Shown here one piece after another: positions 1 to 6,572 of a stretch of DNA of 10,211 bases; positions within the stretch are counted from its first letter, which is position 1, and every line of letters begins with the position of its first letter. Under the pieces are notes generated by a model that saw nothing but the letters and a program-made list of their open reading frames with translations, was not told the origin of the DNA and made no database searches. The position numbers and the translations under genes are program-made. Source of the stretch: Octopus sinensis (Eukaryota); assembly GCF_006345805.1 (NCBI RefSeq), contig NW_021827469.1, positions 1-10,211 on the forward strand, written 5' to 3'.

Positions 1-410
1 CTTTACCATGAAACCACATCAATTCGGGAAGAGGGGTATTTTCAAGTTAAGGAAAGATGAGACGCATTGTGCAACAAAATGGTTCATTTTGGTTGATTAA
101 AAATGTAATGGCGAGTATTTATTGACCTTTTTTCCTTCCTTCAAAAATCGGCACGAACTTCCGGGCAACCCAATACATATGTGTGTGAGTTTAGATGGAT
201 ATATATCCGGGAGAATAACATGGTAGCTCTCATTATGTTTCAGGTTACGGCTAACAGCCTCGATGAGTATTTAACGTCTATGAATACCAGGAGTTGCCCC
301 TCATGCTGTAAAGACATGTACTGTGTTCGTTTTAAATAAAATAATATTTATCTCGCACCCAGATAGAGTACCTCTTTTGTTGTTGAATTTTCTATCACAG
401 AACAGTACAT

Positions 411-535
411 TACACACGCACACGCACAACACCACACACCACACACTCACACCACACACACACAACACACCAACACTCACACACAAACACACACACACCA
501 CACCACACTCACACACACACACACTCACACACACA
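411..535. repeat. Interrupted (CA)n microsatellite in the left foldback arm
   Basis: Direct reading. Confidence 0.95.
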
Positions 536-961
536 TAAGTAAAATTATATAAAAGGCACGTTGCTTCAATAAACCTTTTGAATTCAAAGAATGTATGATT
601 CTCTTCCTTTCAAATCAAGGGAGCAATTTTCGCGTAATTGGTTAAAAAAGTCCCCGACCCGTATTGGATAGAGCATATATTCATGGATAATTCCGTGTCC
701 CCTTCAATGGATGGTAATATTTTCTTAATTTATATTTCAATCACTATAATGATAGAAAATATGGAGACTTGTACATATTCAAAATTTATTTCCTACTATT
801 TTACAATGTCATACTGTTAACCATGAATATATGCTCTATCCAATACGGGTCGGGGACTTTTTTAACCAATTACACCAAATTGATTTGAAAGGAAGAGAAT
901 CATACATTCTTTGAATTCAAAAGGTTTATTGAAGCAACGTGCCTTTTATATAATTTTACTT

Positions 962-1070
962 ATGTGTGTATATGTGGTGTGTGTGTGAGTGTGTGTGTGT
1001 GAGTGTGGTGTTGTGTGTGTGTGTGTGTGTGTATGTGTGTGGTGTGTGTGTGTGCGGCGTGTGTGTGTGT
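962..1070. repeat. Interrupted (TG)n microsatellite in the right foldback arm
   Basis: Direct reading; mirror of 411-535. Confidence 0.95.
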
Positions 1071-1190
1071 AATGTACTGTTCTGTGACAGAAAATTCAAC
1101 AAAAAGAGTACTCTATCTGGTACGAGATAAATATTATTTATTTAACGAACACAGTACATGTCTTTACTTGCTACTAATAGTTTCATACTG

Positions 1191-1490
1191 GAGGCGCAAT
1201 GGCCCAGTGGTTAGGGCATCAAACTCGCGGTCAGAGGATCGCGGTTTCGATTCCCAGACCGGGCGTTGTGTGTATTTATTGAGCGTAAACACCTAAAAGC
1301 TCCATTAGACTCCGGCAGGGGGTGGTGGCGACTCCTGTTGTATTCTTTCGCCACAACTTTCTCTCACACTCTCTTCCTGTTTCTTGGTGTCCCGTCCAGC
1401 TGGGGGGAACACATACGCCACAGAAACCGGGAAACCGGGCCCATGAGCCTGGCTAGGCTTGAACAGGGCGAAAAAAAACAAAAAAAAAGA
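1191..1490 (+). mobile_element. Full-length tRNA-derived SINE (tRNA-Arg-like head), with A-rich tail and TSD
   Basis: Pol III A box TGGCCCAGTGG (1200-1210) and B box GGTTTCGATTCC (1243-1254). The head resembles eukaryotic tRNA-Arg (TGGCCTAATGGATAAGGC...GATCAGAAGATTGCAGGTTCGAGTCC). A-rich tail at 1471-1490. Flanks AATAGTTTCATACTG (1176-1190) and AATAGCTTCATATG (1491-1504) form a degenerate TSD. Confidence 0.88.
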
Positions 1491-1931
1491 AATAGCTTCA
1501 TATGTTGAGAAACATCTCAAGCATATTCTGCAGGGACAAACGACATAGCATAACGAACTAAAAAAAATGAATACAAGAAGAAACGCAAAAGAAACTGAGA
1601 AGGCAGCATATAAAAAACACAGAATGTAAAAAACGGAAAACAAAAACACAAAAATTAAGATGTAAGAAGTAAAAAAATAAAAAAGTAAAAGAGTTATTCT
1701 CTCTAGACCATAAGTTATAAGGCTGGAAAGATATCAACAAATTTTCCAATTCTTCAAAATATATTTATATATATATGCATGCAACCGGTCAAAAATTTCT
1801 GACCTAGAGTTCTGTAGAGTGTTAGGGATCTTAGATCTGAAAAAAATCTACGCTCTTTCAACTAAGCAAAGCCTACATTTATTCGATCCATGAACATAAA
1901 GTATGGATTTCTCAATTACGTTGCACTTAAT

Positions 1932-2153
1932 TACGAGAAGATGTTGAAAAATTCCTGGCTTTTGAGTAAAAGAAAATATAAGAGGATCAGTTAATTATGA
2001 TTTTGTTCAACATTTTCCCTTCTCAGATTCACACACTTATTGCAACGGTCCTTCGGTTTTTCTAAGCCATGTAATAGAACACGGAAGTTTGGGCCTCCAA
2101 CAAGGCCATTCGCGATACCTTTAAAGCCAGGAACTTTTCACCACCCACTCGTG
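1932..2153 (-). mobile_element. Non-autonomous mariner (Tc1/mariner) internal-deletion derivative / MITE, 222 bp
   Basis: 31-bp TIRs at 1932-1962 and 2123-2153 match 25/31, with a shared TTCCTGGCTTT core. Left end TA-CGAG; right end CTCG-TG (TA mutated to TG). The interior encodes a mariner transposase C-terminus on the minus strand. Confidence 0.85.
1991..2108 (-). pseudogene. Frameshifted C-terminal remnant of a mariner transposase
   Basis: Minus strand reads ALLEAQTSVFYY, frameshift, then GLEKPKDRCNKCVNLRRENVEQNHN* (second part 2068-1991). This matches the mariner terminal pattern FY..GI.KL..RW.KCV...G.Y.E (e.g. Mos1 FYWRGIHKLPERWEKCVASDGKYFE, recalled). Confidence 0.75.
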
Positions 2154-2158
2154 TGTGC

Positions 2159-2196
<38 letters not shown>

Positions 2197-2212
2197 TGTG
2201 TGTGTGTGTATG
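2151..2212. repeat. (GT)n microsatellite abutting the mariner right end
   Basis: Direct reading. Confidence 0.95.
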
Positions 2213-2578
2213 TGGCGTCTGTCTGTGTCTGTGTCTCTACAAAAATGTGTGCGCTGAATTGTCTTTCGTATTAAGTACACAATTGTTATATTTCACTTGA
2301 TTTAGTATTATTAAACTTGTCAATTAATTAACCACCTAACTATTTGTTTGCAAAATCGTTAGATTAATCAATCCACTCCAATCCAATGTTGTTGTCTGCC
2401 ATTTTGTAACTCATCAATTATGGTCTTTGTTACTCCAGGTCACGAATGGCAACGCTAGGACGCTGATAAACCAAATGATTAATTTGTTTCATCGAATGAT
2501 TACCCACCAGTCGATTGGTTATTTGGCTAATTAGGCAACTAGTTTTGCTAATAACAATAAACGGTTTAAAAAACTGTA

Positions 2579-2795
2579 GCAGACGTGGCTGTGTTACAAC
2601 TGTAGCAGACGTGGCTTCATAAGCATACAGTTTCGGGTTCATTATTTCTGCCAGATACCTTGGGCAGCAATTATCTTCTGCCGGGGCCAATGAAAGCTTT
2701 TGAGTGGATGAGGGGTGGTCGGAAACTGAAAGCAACCTATTCTCTGTGAGTGAATGTGTGTACGCATGCGTTTCGGCTTATCCCCCACTGATTGA
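2579..2795 (+). mobile_element. Decayed, 3'-truncated tRNA-derived SINE (CORE-like ACCTTGGGCA motif)
   Basis: Head GCAGACGTGGCTGTGT, B-box-like GTTTCGGGTTCA (2630-2641), ACCTTGGGCA (2658-2667), then TGAGTGGA...CGGAAACTGAAAG. TGAGTGG and TCCCC...TTGA are shared with the copy starting at 3811. The family assignment is recalled from an abundant octopus SINE. Confidence 0.6.
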
Positions 2796-2965
2796 AATGT
2801 GACACAGAAAGCGCAATGAATTACAGGTACAACACATTTTTGCCACCTGAGTGTTCTGAAGCAACGTGGAATAATGAATTTGGCTTCAGGTTACAACGCG
2901 CGGCCAGGAACCGAAACCACGACCGTGAACTGTGTAGACTAACCAGTAAACCACGCACCTTCACA
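2796..2965 (-). mobile_element. Decayed, 3'-truncated tRNA-derived SINE on the minus strand
   Basis: Minus strand TGAAGGTGCG-TGGTTTACTGG (A box, 2953-2943) and GGTTTCGGTTCC (B box, 2918-2907), followed by GCGTTGTA as in the 1191 SINE (GCGTTGTG). The body continues TTCCACGTTGCTTCAG...CTCAGGTGGCAAAAATG. Confidence 0.7.
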
Positions 2966-3230
2966 CACGCACACACATTCACAAACACACCTATATATGT
3001 ATAAATATACATATACATACACGCACACACATACAAACATACATGCATACATACATGAATGCATATATACATACGTACATACATGCATACGTACATAAAT
3101 ATATGAATGCATACATACATGCATACATAATACATACATACATATATACGTACGTACATACATACATACGTACATACATGAATGCATACATACATACATA
3201 CATTACATACATACACACACACATACATAC
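2966..3230. repeat. Compound (CA)n/(TACA)n microsatellite
   Basis: Direct reading. Confidence 0.95.
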
Positions 3231-3627
3231 CGGGCACGTTCAGTCAGTAATTAGTCACGGTAGGCAGTTGGTGAGCTTCATGTAGTAAAATCTCAAAAAA
3301 TAAGCGGAACACAGGTGCGCGACTGAGTTGACGGCAGATTCAATTCTATCTTTATAGCACGTATAGAAAACGTAGAAGTGTACGCAGCACGAGTACTACA
3401 GCATTACTATGCGTAGCTTAAATACTGAGATTGAAAAGCAGGGGTGAATTATGCCTGCCTAATCTCCAAAAATACAATATATATTGCATTTTATGCTAAT
3501 AATCAAAGTAACCATTATAATTTTATTGAATTAGGTACATATTTTGCCATAAAAGGAAAATGTTGTTATCGATCTATTTTATTCAAGGTAGGCATTGCCT
3601 ACCTACTACCTAGGTGGCACGTCTCTG

Positions 3628-3780
3628 ATACATACATATATACATACATACATACACACATACATACATACATACATATATACATACATACATGCATGCA
3701 TACATACGTACGTACATACATACATACATACATACATACATACATGCCTACATACATACATATATACATACATACATACA

Positions 3781-3810
<30 letters not shown>
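3628..3810. repeat. (TACA)n tetranucleotide microsatellite
   Basis: Direct reading, about 45 units with few interruptions. Confidence 0.97.
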
Positions 3811-3811
<1 letters not shown>

Positions 3812-4436
3812 GAGTGGGTTTGGTAGACTAAAAAAACCCGTTGTGTATATGTGTTTCTATGTGCGCGTGTGTGTGGCTTTGTGAATATGCTTTAGTTTCT
3901 CCCCATCACCACTTGACCAGCGGTATTGGTTTGTTTGCATCTCGTTAACCTATCATTTCGGCAAAAAGAAAAAAAACGATAGAACAAGAGCCAGCGTTTA
4001 AAAAATAAGTGTCAGTGTCATTTTGTTCGTCCAAACCAGGGTTTCTCAACACTTATTTTTATCTATGGACCCCTTTGAAATACTATTCAATTCTAGTGGA
4101 CCCCTAAGCCATTCAATGTTTAAAAACTAATTTTATAGAAACCTCTTTCAAAATTCCCATTTTGTTTAACACTTCAACTTGTGTAAGTTGCACTATGAAA
4201 AGTGTTAGAGAAAGACACTCAGCTCTTTCATGGAATACACACCAATACACACACCTAAAGCATAAGTTTTTCAGGCCCCTTAAAATACTATTGCGGTTCC
4301 TCAATTTACTATTTTGTTGCATGGATACGCCAAAGTATTATATGGACGCCTGGTTGAGGACCAATGGTCTAAACCATTCAAAGTGGTGCCCTAGTATGGT
4401 CGCAGTTTAATGACTGAAACAAGTAAAAGATATAAG
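3811..4436 (+). mobile_element. 5'-truncated SINE (same family as 2579-2795), split by a hAT MITE; SINE parts 3811-4036 and 4367-4436
   Basis: TGAGTGGGTTTGGTAGAC start, internal GT-rich tract, TTCGGCAAAAAG...CGATAGAA. After the MITE it resumes with GGTGCCCTAGTATGGTCGCAGTTTAATGACTGAAACAAGTAAAAGA, an A-rich SINE-type 3' end. The continuity relies partly on a recalled consensus. Confidence 0.7.
4037..4366. mobile_element. Non-autonomous hAT (Charlie-like) MITE, 330 bp
   Basis: TIRs CAGGGTTTCTCAAC (4037-4050) and GTTGAGGACCAATG (4353-4366) match 10/14 and fit the Charlie-type CAG(T/G)GGTTCTCAA end. 8-bp TSD GTCCAAAC (4029-4036) / GTCTAAAC (4367-4374). Subterminal repeats TGGACCCCT at 4066-4074 and 4097-4105, with TGGACGCCT near the right end. 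Confidence 0.85.
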
Positions 4437-4483
4437 TAGTGGTTTTCGTTATAGTTAATTTTACCAGTTTGTATACTGTTTAG

Positions 4484-4603
4484 AAGATCTGCAGCCATTT
4501 GAGTCGTTGTCAAAATTAGCTTTTCAATCTAATGTGCCCGCGTTTCTTTCGATGTTGTATGCACTAAAAGGTCCTGGCTCATTGAAACAACGAAACCAGC
4601 ACG
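4484..4603 (+). CDS. Candidate internal coding exon (120 nt, phase 1-1), product unknown
   Basis: Acceptor CTGTTTAG|AA (alternatives TTTTACCAG| at 4467 and AAAAG| at 4570) and strong donor ACG|GTAAGA at 4603/4604. Open frame DLQPFESLSKLAFQSNVPAFLSMLYALKGPGSLKQRNQH. No homology recognised. Confidence 0.25.
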
Positions 4604-4660
4604 GTAAGACTTAAGAATTAACTGTCAGTTCTTATGATAAGGAAAAAGAAAATACGGACT

Positions 4661-5082
4661 GATATATATGTATGTATGCATGTATGTATGTATGTATGTA
4701 TGTATGTATGTGTGTGTGTGTGTGTTTATGTGTGTATGTATGTATGTATGTATGTATGTATATGTGTGTATGTAAGTATGTATGCATGTATGTATGTAGG
4801 TATGTATGTTTGCATGCATGTATGTATGTATGTATATATGTGTGTATGTACGTATGTATGTATGTATGTATGTATGTATGTGTGTATGTAAACATATCTG
4901 TATATAAGTGTGTGTGTGTGTGTGCGTTTATGACTGTATGTGTGTGCATACATACATACATATATATGTATGTGTATCTGTTTGTATATACGTATATGTA
5001 CACATACATATACATGTATATATATGTATATGTGTATGGGTGTGTATATACGTACATACATTTACACACACACACACGCGCA

Positions 5083-5120
<38 letters not shown>

Positions 5121-5130
5121 CACACATAAA
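4661..5130. repeat. Compound microsatellite: (TATG)n 4661-4890, then mixed (TG)/(TA)/(CA)
   Basis: Direct reading. Confidence 0.95.
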
Positions 5131-5274
5131 CACAAAGATTTGCACTTTAATATCTGTTTGTCTTATGGCCTTTTCAGTTAATTGTTTCTATGTTCCATTT
5201 TGATTTTTCATTAATATTCCCAGCGCACGCAACCTCTAAGCGGTTTTTGCCCATCAATTGATGTCCCCCCCCCG

Positions 5275-5293
5275 CCACCACCACCACCACCAC
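5275..5293. repeat. (CCA)6 trinucleotide repeat after a C-run
   Basis: Direct reading. Confidence 0.85.
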
Positions 5294-5442
5294 TCCTGTT
5301 GTGACCATTCCATCTTTTTTCACCCGTTCCCCATTCTTTATTTCTCTCTAATTTGTATTTCTCTCATGTTTTCACTATTATTTCATACTTTCATCTTCTT
5401 CTCAATGCAGTTTACATACGTTTTCCAAGTGTTTTCGCTCTG

Positions 5443-5469
5443 CCTCTTTCTCCTCTCTCTCTCTCTCTA

Positions 5470-5515
<46 letters not shown>
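5443..5515. repeat. (CT)n microsatellite in a longer pyrimidine-rich tract
   Basis: Direct reading. Confidence 0.95.
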
Positions 5516-5518
<3 letters not shown>

Positions 5519-5745
5519 CTCTTTTCAAACTTTCTCTTCCATTTCTTTACCTCTCTGGCATTCCTCTAATCGCTACCGCCATTACTTCGGACCAAAACCA
5601 ATTTTCTTCCATTATGTTCCTTTCGATTCTGAATTTCCTTGTAGACATTGGTTAATTCTCACCTTTGCCTCCTACCATAGTCCACAATGTTATTCGCGTC
5701 CTTCCTTTCTTTAACGCTGGTTTTATAATGTTTTGTGTGCCTGAA

Positions 5746-5859
5746 TGTATATGTGTGTGTATATATATATATAATATTATATATATAATAGAGAGAGAGA
5801 GAGAGAGAGAGACAAACAGACAAGGACAGACAGACAGACATAGATAGATAGATAGATAG

Positions 5860-5925
<66 letters not shown>

Positions 5926-5993
5926 ATAGATATATATATATAATATATATATATATATGAATATATATATATATAATATATACACACATACAT
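5746..5993. repeat. Compound microsatellite (TA)n-(GA)n-(GACA)n-(GATA)n-(TA)n
   Basis: Direct reading: GA about 5790-5812, GACA about 5811-5840, GATA about 5840-5862, TA about 5866-5981. Confidence 0.95.
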
Positions 5994-6387
5994 AAATGGG
6001 TACAGGACGTCACTAACGTTGCAATAACAAGAGATACGTAAACAAACAAGGGAAAAACGAGTGAACGAGAAAATGGAAAACAGGACAGGTTAACAGAGAA
6101 ATCATCCTTCATCAGTTGTCGGCTATCTGTCTATTCATCATTTCGAGCTTTCAACGACAATACGAATCTTCAAAACAGTTGCTCTCATAAATCCCAAATT
6201 TTATTTTAGAATTTATGACAGCAACTGTCTTTGAAGACTCATAATGCTGTTGAATGCTCGAAATGATGAGTAGAAAGACAGTCGTGTTAATATGTCCCGT
6301 TTTCTATTTTCTTGTTCACTCGTTTGTCCCTCGGTTGTTTACGTATTTCTTATTATTTGTACCGTTGGTGACGTCTTGTACCCATTT
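5994..6387. mobile_element. 394-bp near-complete palindromic repeat element (tail-to-tail inverted pair, probably retroelement-derived)
   Basis: AAATGGGTACAGGACGTCAC (5994) is the reverse complement of GTGACGTCTTGTACCCATTT (to 6387), with 2 mismatches. Pairing continues at roughly 80-85% by eye to a loop of only about 6 nt near 6199-6204. The left arm has an extra 24 nt at 6096-6119. No TSD seen. Confidence 0.85.
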
Positions 6388-6572
6388 GGAACAGCGCTAA
6401 ATTTTTAATTTGCAGACTATTATCCTCCACGGACTAAGCACAACCCCCTCCTCCTCCTCATAGTGACTGCCTCTTCACCTCCCGCAACAAGCAACTTAAT
6501 TTCTTTTCTCATTTTTCATTTCTTACTTGTAATTGCTCCTTTTATATTGCATTAAGTTCTTTATCGCCTTTC

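Larger units (their letters stand above)
308..1167. mobile_element. Foldback-type long inverted repeat: arms 308-686 and 821-1167, 134-bp unique spacer, no coding capacity
   Basis: GTAAAGACATGTACTGTGTTCGTT at 308 is the reverse complement of AACGAACACAGTACATGTCTTTAC ending at 1167. 529-618 pairs perfectly with 880-969 (90 bp) and 634-686 with 821-873 (53 bp). The outer parts differ by small indels and transitions. Each arm holds a CA/TG microsatellite. The inverted repeat is certain; its origin as a transposon is inference (flanks ATGCT/TTGCT are only a weak TSD candidate). Confidence 0.85.

Noticed and set aside
638-820. 60-aa ORF across the foldback spacer as a possible cargo or transposase gene
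   Set aside because: TTG start, short, compositionally biased, no transposase motifs.
1193-1265. tRNA-Arg gene
   Set aside because: The acceptor and anticodon stems do not pair properly, there is no oligo-T terminator after the head, and it continues into a SINE body with A-tail and TSD.
1550-1700. Lys-rich peptide MNTRRNAKETEKAAYKKHRM on plus, and an acceptor TTGTCCCTGCAG on minus at 1528
   Set aside because: Low-complexity A-rich tract with early stops; no matching donor or recognisable homology.
2439-2534. Exon after the acceptor-like CTTTGTTACTCCAG
   Set aside because: All three frames stop within 32 codons and no convincing donor follows.
2572-2616. CRISPR-like repeat-spacer-repeat
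   Set aside because: Only two 19-bp copies with a 7-bp gap, no cas genes, and a eukaryotic context. The tandem arrays also lack unique spacers.
2821-5203. Many MYVC/HTYI-repeat ORFs
   Set aside because: Translations of (TACA)n/(TATG)n microsatellites; the non-repetitive ends are SINE sequence.
5258-5655. ORFs with a poly-His stretch and Leu-Ser runs
   Set aside because: Products of (CCA)n and (CT)n repeats in a pyrimidine tract.
6255-6280. ATGATGAGTAGAAAG as a minimal hammerhead core on the plus strand
   Set aside because: It lacks the invariant C of CUGA, has no stem II, and no flanking stems I/III could be formed.
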